Below, piece after piece: positions 14,584 through 34,099 of a stretch of 59,743 nucleotides of DNA. Each line of letters opens with the position of its first letter. The stretch's first letter is position 1. Source of the DNA: Neolecta irregularis DAH-3 (Eukaryota); assembly GCA_001929475.1 (NCBI GenBank), contig LXFE01000322.1:1-59743 (forward strand), in the 5' to 3' direction. Made by a program: the position numbers and the translations under genes. Under the pieces are notes generated by a model that made no database searches, had not been told where the DNA came from, and was given only the letters and a program-made list of their open reading frames with translations.

Positions 14584-15403
14584 GGTTTCAGTTAATGAAT
14601 ATATTTGTCTTTTCGTCTTACCTTGTACGACGTATTGCTTTTGCTGGTGTGGTATTTACGAATTATGGATATTGTGAAGGATTGTCTTTTCTTTTACCCA
14701 TGCTTCTTACACTTAGAAAGGATACATCTGTGCTGCATGGAAGGCGGTTTATCGTTTCTTAATCTATAGTCTTCCAGGAGTTTCGGAAACTTTGCCGAAA
14801 TTTGTAAATAAAAAGCAGGTGTCTATTTAGCTACATATTTAGTAAAATTTAGATATGTAAATCATAGCCGAGCAAGTCGATGCGTTTCACCGCAGGGATT
14901 ATAATCATGTTGGGTCCTACAATAAAGAACAACGGCTAGTACAGATATATCAAGTGACTGTTCTACGGTCCTTCCATTGCCGTTAAAGAATTACAAGAGA
15001 CCCGATAGAATAACCCACTGTCCAATAAGGAGCGAGACCAACTTTACGGATCAGCACAGGCAAATGGCTTGAATTTTTGGCACTAAATTGCGAAACGGAA
15101 ATATCTTCAGGGATCCAAATTAGCAGTTTTTCCTTTTTTTAAAAGACGAAACCTCATTTACAGCGAGATCTGGATTCTTCGCGAGAAGTTTATTTCATGA
15201 ACCGCGCTTGTGTATCCTAATCCCATCCTTGGTGTTTTCTAGGGCTCAGACGATCTTAGTGCAAATAAAAAAAAGCCGCAAGGGAAGTATGACGGTTTCA
15301 TTAGTCGCTGCCGAAAGCCCAAAGCAGGCCTCAGGCGCCTGCACAGCCTCACCCGAACATAACCACCCGCTGAATTCCCAATCCACACTTTCATTTCCTC
15401 ATC

Positions 15404-16141
15404 ATGGGCAAAGCCCAAAGCAAGTTAAGCTCCGAGCAGCTGGCGGAACTTCAGGCCTCTACCTATTTCGACAAGAAGGAGCTTCAGCAATGGTACAAGG
15501 GCTTCCTGAAAGATTGCCCGGACGGTTATCTTCGAAAATCCGAGTTTCAAAAAATCTATAAACAGTTTTTCCCATTCGGTGACCCCTCGAGCTTTGCAGA
15601 TTACGTGTTTAATGTGTTTGATGAAAACAAGAACGGCACGATTGATTTCAAGGAATTTATCTGTGCTGTGCGTCCTCATCCTATTACCTCGAACATAAGC
15701 TGATAGTCAAAGCTATCAGTGACATCTCGGGGAAAACTCGACGAAAAGCTAATTTGTATAATTCCGGGAAACAGCACATGCTCAAGTGATTTTAGGGGCA
15801 TTCCAGCTATATGATATTGATAATGATGGTCACATCGATAGGAAGGAGATGCTACAAATTGTTGAAGCAATTTACAAGATGGTTGGGTCAATGATTAATT
15901 TGCCGGAAGACGAAGATACCCCTGAAAAGGTTTTCCCATGATTGTTTGAGAATTCTTATGCCTTATAGCGCGTTGACAAGATTTTCCGGTTGATGGACAA
16001 GAATGATGATGGGAAACTGACGATGGAGGAATTCCGCGAGGGTTCAAAGAAAGACTCCACTATCGTTCAGGCGCTGAGGTATCACTATTGCTTAGATGCC
16101 CAATTGATTTAATTTATAGTCTTTATGATGGATTGGTTTGA
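15404..16141 (+). CDS. FRQ1: Neuronal calcium sensor / frequenin (EF-hand), multi-exon
   Basis: MGKAQSKL myristoylation start, [16 protein letters not shown]-hands [13 protein letters not shown] and [10 protein letters not shown]-terminus LYDGLV*. Confidence 0.96.
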
Positions 16142-16274
16142 AAGCGTTTCTGGTCACTGGTATTTCTGGGCTTTGTGGATACTTGACGTGCTATTGCTTT
16201 GATCAATTCGGGAGCTTTGCAGTGGATAAGACTATATTTTTTGCAGTCGCAAATGTTAGGATAATATACACTGA

Positions 16275-21183
<4,909 letters not shown>

Positions 21184-21414
21184 GGGTAAAGTTTATTATT
21201 GTACAAAATACCCACAAATGACGCTAGAATACACCAGAACCCCATAATGCGTACCAAAATAAAGGACAAATCCTCCCGATAAATAAGCTACTGATCTCCA
21301 GTTTCTTTTCATTTGCTTTCCCCTCCTCTATGTGGCGACATCCCGAGTGTGAACCCAAAATATGAAATAAGGATTAAACCGAATTTTATCACCCATACAT
21401 AAAAAAAGTGCAGT

Positions 21415-23124
21415 TTATGAATGTTTCCCCCGTCCTCTTCTGGACGAGATTCCGTGCTTGACCCGTCGGTGCCGAGTAAGTGCATCTTGTCGACTGAACC
21501 GCTTACCGTCATTGCAGATTTCACACCGATGAACAGGCCGTTGATCTGAATGAATGGTTTCTTGATGTCGATAGAGATCATATGGTCGCGAGAAGGGGAG
21601 GTTGCAACATGTTCCGGTCAACGGATTAATTTTATCACAAACATTATCGGCGGTAGCGCGAACCGTTGGAGCCGCCAATATCTCTCCACGATGAGTTCGT
21701 CGATGACCAGCCAAAGATGTTGGCCTACTGAATCTACGAGGACATTCAGTACAAGCGTAAGCATTTTGTTCAGCTTGAGCTGGGCGTGTACGAGGACCAG
21801 AAAATGAACGGCCGCCAGGATTGAAATCACTATCAGAACTGCTTTCTGATGAGAACGATGGCGATGGCTCTCGGCTTCTAGATGATTGTCCGGCCACCTC
21901 TTCAGAGATGGCAGTATATAGCATCCCTGGAGAGGATTGAGGTATCGTTCCTTTTCTAAAGATGGACGGATGTCCTGGATTGCACACTGGCAGCGATTGG
22001 GTTAAATGATAGTAAGAGTGATCATCGAGGTTATTCTCACTACTGCATTGGATATTTTTGAGAATTTTGCTATTTGGGCATTCTCTGAAACACAATGCCT
22101 CTCCAGTCGATTGGTCGAACAAAGGGTCAGTTGGTATTGTTTCCATTTCGTCGTCCAGCGGTTGAAACGCATCCCTCGGTGAGACGGTCGTTCGATCATT
22201 CTCCAGAGAATCTCGAAACGGGTGAAGACTTGGATGTTCTTGGAATGAGTTGTCTGCCTGCCAAAGGTCCTGGGTTGAGGTTTGCGGAAGAATCGATCTT
22301 TGACTGAGCGCATCGGTCATCAGGGTTGGAAAAGTGGTACAGATTCCCCCGACAATGGAGTTTGCAGGCGAGGTACGAGTCGAGGATTGCTGGGAATCAT
22401 ACAGTTCGTCTACAGCGGCGTCTGTAAATGAACGGCGGAATTTTACTGGGTGTAGAGGCGGCTCTAGTAATTAGGCACGGATGAGGTCATTCGTTGTACC
22501 ATCATGGTGAGACTTATCCAAAGCATAGGGATTCATGGTAGATATTGGATATTGGGCATCTGAAAGGGATGGAGATTGCTGTGATGCGGAAAGTGTCTGG
22601 TGTGATAAAACGGGCGAAGAACGCGGGGACGACATGACTTGACGGACAGCGTATTGCGTACCGGGAAAAATTTCGTCGAGAGAATTGAAGTAAGGGGTCA
22701 ATTCAAAGGATTGGCGACAAGTCTGTGACCAGTGTCTTTTCTTTTGAGCGATCTCTTTTAGCTGACTATCGTATGGAAAGTTCTGGAATCCGGGCGGCAC
22801 GTATTCTGACCCGTCCACAACAACTGGAAATTTCGAATCGTCGTCCTGCAAGCAAAATCTCTGTTTTAAAAGGTGATTCTGATAATTTTTGGCAATATTT
22901 TGACGATGCGGGGTTTTTTGGGAGTGCGGGTCAAAGCACGAGGCTGGCTTGCTGATGCCTGGAGATGTTTTATGCTGCTGGTGCTGGTGCTGGTGCCGGT
23001 GCTGTCGCCTGATTTCTGCGTCTGGCTGAAACATGCAATGGGGGAGTAGCAAAAGACTGTTTAGCCGCAGTTGGGAATATATTTGAGTGTTGTCTGCGAG
23101 GTTGTAGCCGAAGATGGCTGTCAT
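21415..23124 (-). CDS. RPN4: Rpn4-like C2H2 zinc-finger transcription factor (internal exon structure uncertain)
   Basis: C-terminal fingers CDKINPLTGTCCNLPFSRPYDLYRHQETIH and CEICNDGKRFSRQDALTRHRRVKH are the Rpn4 signature; upstream exon ORF 22471-23124. Confidence 0.75.
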
Positions 23125-23656
23125 GAGCCAATGACGTCATTTATGGATAACGCCAAGCGGAGATAGATCGATCCTTTGCGTTCTTCAACCTTCCATTGCT
23201 CCACCAACAGATAATAGTAGATAAATACAGAGTATTTCGCCCAAACTCGCAAATCAAGATTTTGTATATAATTCTTGTTTGGGAAGTGAAAAATAACCTG
23301 GCGAGCCAATCGAAAAGGGCGCAGATTGATGCGATGAGTCATTCATTAATGGATTCTATACTCACCTCATGTCAAACTGTAAGGGGCGTCAGTATCTTAT
23401 CTGGCTTGTTTTATGACGTAGACGGTTAAATACGCTTGCTCGACCCTACCCCCAGTGAAGACAGTGGTCCGAAGGGATTGTTACTGGAACATGAAACACT
23501 CATAGGAGCACAATTGTAATAGAAATGCCAGTCAAATCAATAGGAAGGAGCAAGATCCGATTGTTCAATTCTTTCCATGCTATAGTACAAAGGCAAACTC
23601 CACAGACAACACGAATAATATAATTCCTCCAGAGCCAGCGTTGTTTCGCAAAGGCA

Positions 23657-24718
<1,062 letters not shown>

Positions 24719-24845
24719 AGAGTATTAGTTTTTCGGAATAATTGGCCGGTGTACTTGATATGTGTATCTTTTGTCGCTTTTCTCATCTTTGTAACATAAA
24801 TGAATCGAATTCATAAAGGGCAACAGCCTGACACATTTACATTAT

Positions 24846-26802
24846 TTACTGCTGATCATGTCCCGCACTCTTCAGCCGGTCTAGGATCTCTTGAACCTGC
24901 GCGTTGGGATGCTGCCCAGTGTTCATCGGGGGAGCCGGTATCTGCTGAGACATTCCTATCTGCGACCGAAGAAAAGCAGGGTTCAGATGCATGTTTCCCT
25001 GCATCTGGAATTGATTAGGCCGAGAATATCCTGACATTGGAGGCTGCTGATATTGGGGAAGGGAATGGAATGATGGTTGTGGATATTGATAAGAAGTAAA
25101 AGATATTGGAGGAGCCTGCTGTGAATAATGCAGCGGCCGCTGATAGAAATCCGCCGGAATGTTTTGCAATGAATTACACAGCGGTTGATGCTGGGATTGC
25201 TGATTGTTGTAAATATTGTCTCGAGACGATTGATGCGAGCGGTTTCCTTGTCCTCGATTCCTCTGACCACGGGTTCGACCACGTCCTCGTTCTTGCTGGC
25301 CATTATTTGGTCTAGACGGACGTCCTGGTGTTGAACGTAGCATATCCTCGTAATTTGATGGTCTCTGAAGAGGTGTATAAGGGCCATTGTTGATGGGTAA
25401 TTGAGATTGATGCGTCGTGACTGTAGAGTTTACATTTCTTCTGTTAGTATTTGATTGATTTGTGAATACCGTTGAGCTTCTCGTTCTTGTTTCTTCCTCC
25501 TCTTGGATTCAGCTTCAGCCTCATCGTCAGAAAATTCTTGCTCCTATACTATCAGTAAACATCATTTGAATGGTGCTTCACAGCTTCGCCAACTTCTTCG
25601 TCGTGGATGTTACTAGCATCACTTCCCTTGATGCCCTGCAGTGCTCGTGTAAGGATAAATTTGCTGTTGACCAGTGTGTAAAAAATACTCATTCCCACTT
25701 CGAGTCCAAGTTCAGTGATTTCTTCGACTGATGCGAAGCGAATAGAATACAACGGCGCTTGTACACGACCAAAAGTATCATATATCTTTGTTTCAGAATT
25801 GACAGCGACAACTAGACATACCACACCAATCACCTTCCTGCTTTCTAGAAATAGAGGAGTATCTTCGTCAAGAACCTTGTAGTCTCCAGCAACGCAGCCT
25901 TCCACAACAACGTGATCACCTACAATCTGCTGTATGAATCCCAAACGCTGCAATTTTGCATCCTCAGCTAGCTGAATGTCTGGCCGGGAGGTTGGTTTAA
26001 TTTCCACGATCTCATTTTTCGTCTTTGGGGCACCGTTTGATTCACCATTCTTTGGTTTTTCATCGTCCGAGCCATCGTCATCGAGAAGGCAGTGTTCCCT
26101 AACAAGTGGACCGGGACTGGCTTCTTGGTCAGATTCTGAAGAGGAACTAAGATTTAGTATCAGGAAACAAAAACAACCATACTCGCTTTCTTCTTCTGAA
26201 GAGGAGGTTTGATCCGTGTTATCATCCTCATCAGAGCTAGCATCTGCGAGATCGTCTGACGCGTAAACCATTTTAGCGCAGGGATTTGTTAAGAGTTGGT
26301 CCAGTGCATCTAAACCCCTGATAATATCTTGAGAATTAGTATTTAGAGGCTGTTGATTTGAGTCTTGTGAAAACGACGAATAATTTGATAATCTTGTGAA
26401 AATAAACGGATACAGGGGTTCAGTTAACGAGTTGACAGGAGCTTCATCTTCAATGTTCTCGCGCGATTGAGAGTTGCATTCTTCTAATATATCATTTGGT
26501 ATCTTTGCTGGAATATCGACTAACACGATTTCGTGGGTTTCAGGTGTATTTGTAACAGGTTTCTCATCTAGATTTTCTGGGATCTGAAAAACTCTTTCGT
26601 TGGCTTCGCGCGCCCTTTGTACAAGGAACAAACCGGGTATTCCGCCGTTGATAGAACTTGGTTTATGACTATATTCAGTATCGAGGGCAATGTCGCTCTC
26701 AGGAAAATTCTTATTTGATTCATCAGCGATAGCAGCATTAGCAGAATGATCTGTCATAATAGACGTGTCGAGTCTGGGACGTTTTGCCGGTGCTTCCTCC
26801 AT
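24846..26802 (-). CDS. NAF1: H/ACA snoRNP assembly factor Naf1, multi-exon
   Basis: Gar1/Naf1 domain (PKTKNE, DTFGRVQAPLYSIRF), GSDASNIHDEEV...QEFSDDEAEAE, acidic/Ser tracts and an RG/Pro/Gln-rich tail. Confidence 0.88.
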
Positions 26803-27119
26803 GATTTGCGGAAAATAAATGAATGGTCTTTATTTGTGGAGGAAATTCAATGGATTGCCTTCTTCCTTTTGAAAATTTCTGAGCGCATACTCTTAACAAC
26901 AATGATATACATAATTTCTATTTGAAAATATTAATAGAGTTCAGTGTATGTACTTGACACCAATTCGAGTCGGAATCCTGTTTTAGAACAACCTCTACGG
27001 TCGTTGAATTTCCCATTATTGCCTAAGATCGTTATGTCCTCATTCTCCATCTGTAGGGAAACTCCAGCGACCCAATTTCTAACTAGATAGACGCCTAATA
27101 ACGGAGATTCTATTTTCCA

Positions 27120-30080
27120 ATGGCTCCTCGAAACCGCAAACTTCAGGAGGAAGCCATCGCGAGTGCGAGACGAATCCAATTTCAAACTTCCAGGAACTGT
27201 CTTATCGTATTTCTTTTCTGGGTTACCTCTCTACATATTGTCGGCTTGTTCTTTTTTACTCGTGGTTTCTTGTTGACCCGTTTAATTCTTGACGATCAAT
27301 CCACATGTAATACCCCTCCAACATCCATCGATCGGAACCCAGATTGCTGGTACCCAAAACAATTTTCAAAGGCAATTATTATCGTTATCGATGCTTTGAG
27401 ATATGATTTTACAATCCCAGAACCGGATAGCGACTTGCTTTATCTTAATGCGCTCACTCTTCCCTTTGATATCACTCAAAGAGTTCCGCGGAATGCAGCA
27501 CTTTATAAATTCATAGCAGATCCTCCCACCACCACTTTACAACGTCTCAAGGGACTTACCACTGGAACACTGCCCACGTTCATAGACGCAGGATCTAATT
27601 TCGCTGGTACTGCGATCACAGAAGACAATATAATCCAACAATTGCTTTCGGCAGGGCGAAAAATCGCGTTCCTTGGAGATGATACGTGGACTTCATTGTA
27701 CCCTTTGCATTTTGATGTTAATATGACTCATCCGTACGATTCATTCAATGTATGGGATCTTCATACGCTTGATAATGGAGTAAACAAACATATTTTCCCG
27801 TTGCTGGAGGACCAGGAATGGGATGTATTGATTGCACATTATCTTGGAGTCGACCATGCAGGCCATCGTTATGGGCCAGATCATCCAGAAATGAGGAAGA
27901 AATTAATTCAAATGAACCAAGTTCTCGAAAACATCGTGAAAAAGGTTGACAAGGACACAATATTACTTGTGATGGGCGACCACGGGATGGATCCGAGAGG
28001 AGACCATGGGGGAGACAGTCAAGGTGAAATCGAAGCTGCTTTGTGGATGTATTCGCCCAAACCATTCATCGGGTCATCGAATCTCGAACGGACTGTTGAC
28101 CAGATTGATATAGTGCCAACTTTAAGCTTATTGCTTGGACTCCCAGTTCCTTTCAATAATCTCGGGTCGCCTATTATCGATGTTTTTCTCGAAGAATCCC
28201 AATCCAGTTGGCGAAACGTGGCGCATGCTTCGAGGATCACGGCCTCTCAGGTAAAACGATATTTGGAAGAGTACGCGAGGATTAAAGGACAGGATATTGA
28301 GCATCGAGCTATGAGAGATTGGGCTCTTGCTGATTCTATGTGGAACGAGACTATATCTTATGACTTTTCTGATGAAAACAAGAATTGGCGGACACCTGCT
28401 GAAGCCTACCTCAAATTTCTCCGAAACAATCTCGAACAATGCCGAAGATTGTGGGCTGAATTCAATCCCTCGAGTATGAATTTTGGCCTTGGGATTCTTC
28501 TTTCGAGTATCTTAACATGTGGGGTTTACTGTTTTGGAATTGAGGGTCAAGCAATTGAACTAGTTTCAATGTTTCTTCAAAGGATTGGATTAGGTGCTAC
28601 GATTGGCTGCATATTCTCCATCATCGCCGCAGCCACCGTATTTTATTCTGTATCCATTCTCACTGCCTCTCTTGCAGGATATGCGATCGGGAGTCTCTTG
28701 GCTTTTGCTTCCACGATACTATCAATCCGCAGACGCCTCCGTTTCCAACCGAACTTTACATTTGAGAACTGCGTGGCCGTTTTAGTTTTTCTCATTCATG
28801 CAATTTTATTCACTTCCAACAGTTTCACGATATGGGAAGATCGTATCTTGACTTTTCTCATTGCGACTCTTGCTGTATCAATGACACTTGCTGCTTATCG
28901 AGAGTCAATTGCAGGGAATGTTTCTAGATATTCGCATGGTATTATCTTTCTTGTACTTTCGAGAATCGCATCGTACTCGAGAGTTTGTAGAGAAGAGCAA
29001 TCGCGTTCTTGCAAAACAACATTCTATGCGTCCGATTTATCTACAACCACGTCCCCGCAAACGGTCCTCGGGTTGTTTATTGTCTTTTTAATATTGCCCA
29101 GAGTTATTCGTCGGTATCTCGTACAAAGTGGATCATGGGAAGGCGGTGCAAAGCCTTGGATAGGATTAGGATTGCCACTTGGACTAGTAATGGTTGTTGC
29201 TTACTGGGCGCTTGATGCAGCCGATAACAACGGGTGGTTATCAAACACTGATGCGTTGGGGTTTTACAAGATATCTTTGGCTCGAACGATTCTGGGATAT
29301 TCGCTTATCGCCGCGAATTACGGATGGTTCCATGGGCCGCATTGTCTTGATATCAAAGTCAATTCAATCTCTAAAGTCGACTTCAAAGCTGATGACACCC
29401 CCAGTTTACACGATAGTGATCTTCGAGTCCAAATCCAAGGACGCAATAACGCTTATGGATCATTTTATTTATTATTTGTCGTCAATTCGTTCATTGCGCT
29501 CGCATTACTTTCGAAACCAATGGCCGGCATCTCACTTGCCATCCTCCTCTACCAAATCCTAGCACTCTTGGAACTTAATCAAACGGCAGAAAAAAAGTCA
29601 TATTTGCCGGTCGTGGTGATGTTTGGACTACTGGCGCATTCACATTTCTTTTCTACGGGGCATCAAGCAACGCTACCATCAATACAATGGGACACTGCAT
29701 TCATACCTAGCTCAGAAATAGTGTACCCCTTTTCACCAATGATTATCATTGCAAACACATATTCCGCACACATCCTCACTTCACTTTGTCTCCCTCTAGT
29801 CGGTCTCTGGAGACAACAATCTATTGGACCATATGACAATTTGGAAAATCTAGGAAGAATAGCTATTTTGAAAATCTTTTATCATGCGATTATATCGACG
29901 AGCGCAACTATCTGGGCGGCACATTTTAGACGACATCTAATGGTTTGGAAAGTATTTGCTCCGCGCTATATGATGGGTGGCATATCTTTACTCGTGGTCG
30001 ATTTAACGACAACGATAATATCATTTGGAATAGGTGTTTCCAAGACATTCAAGGATATCTCTGAAATTTTCGGATACTAA
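27120..30080 (+). CDS. GPI13: GPI ethanolamine phosphate transferase 3 (PIG-O), intronless
   Basis: IDALRYDF, ADPPTTTLQRLKGLTTG, HYLGVDHAGH, GDHGM, FFSTGHQATL and RRHLMVWKVFAPRY; many transmembrane segments. Confidence 0.96.
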   Translation: MAPRNRKLQEEAIASARRIQFQTSRNCLIVFLFWVTSLHIVGLFFFTRGFLLTRLILDDQSTCNTPPTSIDRNPDCWYPKQFSKAIIIVIDALRYDFTIPEPDSDLLYLNALTLPFDITQRVPRNAALYKFIADPPTTTLQRLKGLTTGTLPTFIDAGSNFAGTAITEDNIIQQLLSAGRKIAFLGDDTWTSLYPLHFDVNMTHPYDSFNVWDLHTLDNGVNKHIFPLLEDQEWDVLIAHYLGVDHAGHRYGPDHPEMRKKLIQMNQVLENIVKKVDKDTILLVMGDHGMDPRGDHGGDSQGEIEAALWMYSPKPFIGSSNLERTVDQIDIVPTLSLLLGLPVPFNNLGSPIIDVFLEESQSSWRNVAHASRITASQVKRYLEEYARIKGQDIEHRAMRDWALADSMWNETISYDFSDENKNWRTPAEAYLKFLRNNLEQCRRLWAEFNPSSMNFGLGILLSSILTCGVYCFGIEGQAIELVSMFLQRIGLGATIGCIFSIIAAATVFYSVSILTASLAGYAIGSLLAFASTILSIRRRLRFQPNFTFENCVAVLVFLIHAILFTSNSFTIWEDRILTFLIATLAVSMTLAAYRESIAGNVSRYSHGIIFLVLSRIASYSRVCREEQSRSCKTTFYASDLSTTTSPQTVLGLFIVFLILPRVIRRYLVQSGSWEGGAKPWIGLGLPLGLVMVVAYWALDAADNNGWLSNTDALGFYKISLARTILGYSLIAANYGWFHGPHCLDIKVNSISKVDFKADDTPSLHDSDLRVQIQGRNNAYGSFYLLFVVNSFIALALLSKPMAGISLAILLYQILALLELNQTAEKKSYLPVVVMFGLLAHSHFFSTGHQATLPSIQWDTAFIPSSEIVYPFSPMIIIANTYSAHILTSLCLPLVGLWRQQSIGPYDNLENLGRIAILKIFYHAIISTSATIWAAHFRRHLMVWKVFAPRYMMGGISLLVVDLTTTIISFGIGVSKTFKDISEIFGY

Positions 30081-30192
30081 TTAAAACTCGCTGTTTTTTT
30101 TCTAATTTTCCCTTTCGTAAATTCAAAATTGTTGGTTACATCGTCATGTGATATTGGGTATTTGAGAAATTTTCTGAACCGTATAGATTTAC

Positions 30193-30798
30193 ATGGCTCC
30201 CGTAAATACAAAATCGAAGCCCAAATCAGTGAAGAAACAATCTAAGTCTAAACCCAAGGTATATTGCCGCTCCTCACGGGCGTTAAAGAAATTGTTCACA
30301 TACAATTAGTTTACCGAGAAAGAACTAAATTTACCAAAACTCAATACGTCTAAAGATCCAGTTGGCGTGGAGAAACGACGGGGCAAGAAGGGCAAAAAAT
30401 TCGTTCAAGACAAGGTATATTTTAATCGCGTGATTCAGAGCAGATTGGAATAACCGATTAGGAAGCGATGATGAGTATCCTTGCTCAAGTAAATGATATA
30501 GTTGAAGGGCAAACAAGGACTAAACTCCAGAAAACAGTACACTTTTTTCTTCTTCTCCAGCACGATAATGTGCGGGGTCTGATTTACGTAGCGCGATATG
30601 GAAATTATTCGAGAAACTAAACGAGCGGAAGAAGATGCGCGTATAACACTTCAACAATCGAAATTGGCAAGTAACCTTTTTTTCCAGTCTTTTAATTATA
30701 TATAGGAGGAAGCTAAACAAGCTGTTAAAAAACGGCGCTTAAAAAAAAAGAAAGTGCAGATAGATGAATCGAAAAGTAAAGTCAGATTCGCAGACTAA
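30193..30798 (+). CDS. LOC1: 60S ribosome assembly/export factor Loc1-like, five exons (absent from the ORF track)
   Basis: Hand-spliced: MAPVNTKSKPK...LPKLNTSKDPVGVEKRRGKKGKKFVQDK/EAMMSILAQVN...KT/RDMEIIRETKR...SKL/EEAK...KVRFAD*, resembling fungal Loc1. Confidence 0.75.
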
Positions 30799-31510
30799 TG
30801 GATTCAATTGACGTTTCCTTTGAACGCTATTGGAGATTGTACATCTGGTGTCTCAAGCGTGCATGGAAGAAATAAGGATACTAGAATTACCAAAAGAAAA
30901 ATTGAAAACGACAACTAATAGTAGTTCAATACGCCGGGGAGAGTGGACAGGGTATGCGGGATGGTGTAGATTGCGATGGCGGTGGCGGTTGTGGCGGTGG
31001 TGGAAGTTTAATAGATCGAAAATTCATCCATACTTCAGGATAATTATGCCATGGTCTAAAGCCAACTTTAGTAAACCAACTATATCAAATCAGTCTGATA
31101 TTCACGAAAATGAAATTGCATACCCTCGATGAGAAACCCAATCTACAAGACAACGTTCATGCCTTCTACGTACTAGTTCCTTGATCGCTTAAATAGTTAA
31201 TTGAGAATACCAAGGATGGAGATGGTTACCAGCACATATCAAGCCTAGTCCCACGTTATGTTTTCGATGGTCAGGGTGGATACAAATACAAACGATTTCA
31301 CCCATGGTTCACTGGTCAAAAATCAATCTTTATAAACAAATAAAAAAAACCATTCAAACTAATCGCTGTTGGCCAATGGATATAGTCTGCAACAAACCAA
31401 GGCGGGAGGACATGCCTGGGGCTGGAGTCTGGCGGCGACCACGGTTCTGAAGGCCGGTCAGCTCTGGATAATCTTTCCCTAACCCTGATGTTGGTGGTGA
31501 GGTGTGGTTT

Positions 31511-31603
31511 CTGATGTCCCTGATCCTGGTGTCCTGATCTTCATCCTGATACCTGATCCTGATGTCCTGATCTTCATCCTGATACCCTACCCTGATCCTG
31601 ATA
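31511..31603 (+). repeat. CCTGAT-based minisatellite containing a 33-bp tandem duplication (31520-31552 / 31553-31585, 1 mismatch)
   Basis: Direct reading: ctgatcctggtgtcctgatcttcatcctgatac / ctgatcctgatgtcctgatcttcatcctgatac. Confidence 0.85.
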
Positions 31604-31617
31604 TTGACCTCGCGGAC

Positions 31618-34099
31618 ATGTCGCTCGACAATGAGCTCGACAATGCGCTCCACCAACTCGTCCTCTGTGCCGCTGCCCCCTTGCAAAACCCAGCCCAGCT
31701 GCACTCCACTATCGACCAAATTGCGGCTGTTGCGCTTGACCGCGGCGTCTCGTTGGTGTTTCTCTCCGCGGTCATCGCCATTCTCACCGACTCTCACTCG
31801 TTCGATCCCGCGTCTGTTGCGCGCATTCTCGCCCTGCTGCTGCCCCGCTCGGCCGTCGCGCCCCGCGTCCTCGTGGAGATATGCGCGGCGCTCGGAAAAG
31901 GCCCCCGCAGAGCGCCCTTCGCCACCCAGGCTATTTGATTCTCGCGTTTGTTGCTAATTTGTAGCCTGCCCTGCTGAAATACGCAGTCATGGTCTACCCC
32001 CTGATCGAGGACCACGCACAGGCTGACCTCTGCTACAACATCCTCTTCCACTTTCTCGACTACGTCACCCTGCGGTACCTCCTCCTGCTGCCTATACTAA
32101 CTGCAGCACCCACATCTGTCACTTGCTCCATCTCATGACTCGCCGCCATCACGTAAAACTGCATCGCATACGCAAACTGTACAGTCCCCTGGGCACATCT
32201 CCTGATATGCAGCCAGGAACTCCAGGAATTCGCAGTTTTGGATCGTCCTCTCAATGCCTTGTTTGCCCTCTACAAAGAATACTACCCAGACCTCATCCTC
32301 CTTCGCATCTCCCGCTCAAAATCAACAATATTCACGGTACATTCCCCTTCTCACTCACCCTAATCCCCAGCATCCAGATCCAGAATGGCTGAAAAGAGCT
32401 CAAGCAATCATCCAACGCGAATCGCGCACTTTGTCCTCGGATTATACCATACAGCTCAACCCTACCCATCCCAAAGAATTCAAAGTCCCCCTTGCTACTA
32501 CATTTAGAGCCACACCCGTACTTTTAAAACAACTCTCGTTTTCTATCTAACCCACAGCAATCAATCACCGTCAAAGATATTCGCAGCGTTGCCGATTTTG
32601 TAAAATATATTGATCTGGTTGAATTACCTAGTCAACTCGTCTCCATCCTGCAAAATAAACTAGTACAGCAAATTATACTACATCGTGAATCTGGTACTTT
32701 TCTTTTCATTTTCTCTTCTTACGAATAGATAAACGAGACGCTATGGTTCGTCTTAAACATTGGATTCAATCATTTTTATATGATGAAATCGTGGATAAAT
32801 ATGAAGTTGAGGACTTTCTAATTAAATTGAACAATACCTGCGAGATCTTTGGCGTACATTTTCCTCCTTGATGGACTACCCTAATCATCAGGAATTATTA
32901 CCCGGCGTACAAGAATGGCTTTATTCATTTGCAAGTTCATGGACAGGCGAGATTTTTGTAGAGCAGATTTTTGGACTGGTGAGATTTATTCTCCCTATGG
33001 ATTTACATGGTATTCTTACTATTTTATTGCTGCTGAATTTTAGCTTTTAAGAAAAAAGTGCTTGAGCCATTTGATACTTTATTCATTAAACTCGCGCCCC
33101 ACTCTCAAATTCTCTGTTTAAAATCATTTGGAAGACTTGTTTATCAATGGAGTCTCCGTATTCAAAATGGAGATCAACCGCTTTTGTCCAGCTTTCCTCC
33201 CGACACCCAACTAGAAAAACCCTCGGGAATCCGCGATATTCTGTCAGAAACGGTAAATCACGTCGATCGATGGGCTGTTTATGCATTACAAGTATCCATT
33301 TCCTAAATCAATTATCATCCGGTTAATAATTTAGAAATACCCGTATAATCTTGTTTTACATGATGCTATTTGTAAATTTTACGAAAATTTAGTCGTTCTT
33401 TATATTGAACATCCGACGTTGGAAATTTGTATACCACATTATTTTATCGTTTATCGGTTATTTTTTTCAGAGAACGTATTTTCACTTTCGAGAATCACTG
33501 GAATTATATCACTGTACTACTTCCCCTATTGTCCCATTTTTAAAAAGTCTAGGTATAAAACTGCCTTTGAGAAGGTTGATGAGCGGGCTAGAGAGTCTAG
33601 GGACTTTGTGAATTATTTTAATTCTTATGTTATGGATTTATGCAATTTGCTCTGGCGTAACCGGGCGTTTAATTCACAGGATTCGAATGCTCGAGGTTGT
33701 TTTATTTCAGAGTATCTCCCCCTTGTCTCTTAAAAAAGGTTCTGATGAAAAAGGGAGGCTAAATCCGTTTTGCAGTTCGCTTCAGAAAGAACAAATGATA
33801 ATTTATCGAGTCTGTTCTCAGTGACTCATGGATCCTCGACAACTTTATTCGCATCACAATTACTCGAATCTGAAATTCAAAATGACATGATATTCAACTT
33901 GGGTCCCGCGTCCATTGTTTCCCTGAGAGAACTTGCAGAAGCAGGGGGACCATCTATTTCCTATGCCGACTTTCGAATTCGTTTGTTGGTGTATTTGAAA
34001 GAGGTTGGAGCTACTGGATTATGCGATTTCTTGTATCGTTCTATGCAGAGTCTTCAAAAGTCTCAGACGACACAGTTGGCGATGAATAATTGGTATTAG
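31618..34099 (+). CDS. mis6: Inner kinetochore protein CENP-I / Mis6 / Ctf3, multi-exon
   Basis: Motifs LGKGPRRAPFATQ, YNILFHFLDYVTLR, HLLHLMTRRHHVK, FNSYVMDLCNLLWRNRAF and YADFRIRLLVYL...GLCDFLYRSMQSL resemble fungal Mis6. Confidence 0.82.

Noticed and set aside
30830..31132. 100-aa ORF with WRWRLWRWW and a G-rich GGCGGT tract
   Set aside because: Low-complexity intergenic sequence with a non-ATG start.
31354..31797. 147-aa minus-strand ORF with YQDEDQD repeats
   Set aside because: It is the antisense shadow of the GC-rich CENP-I exon and the CCTGAT repeat.
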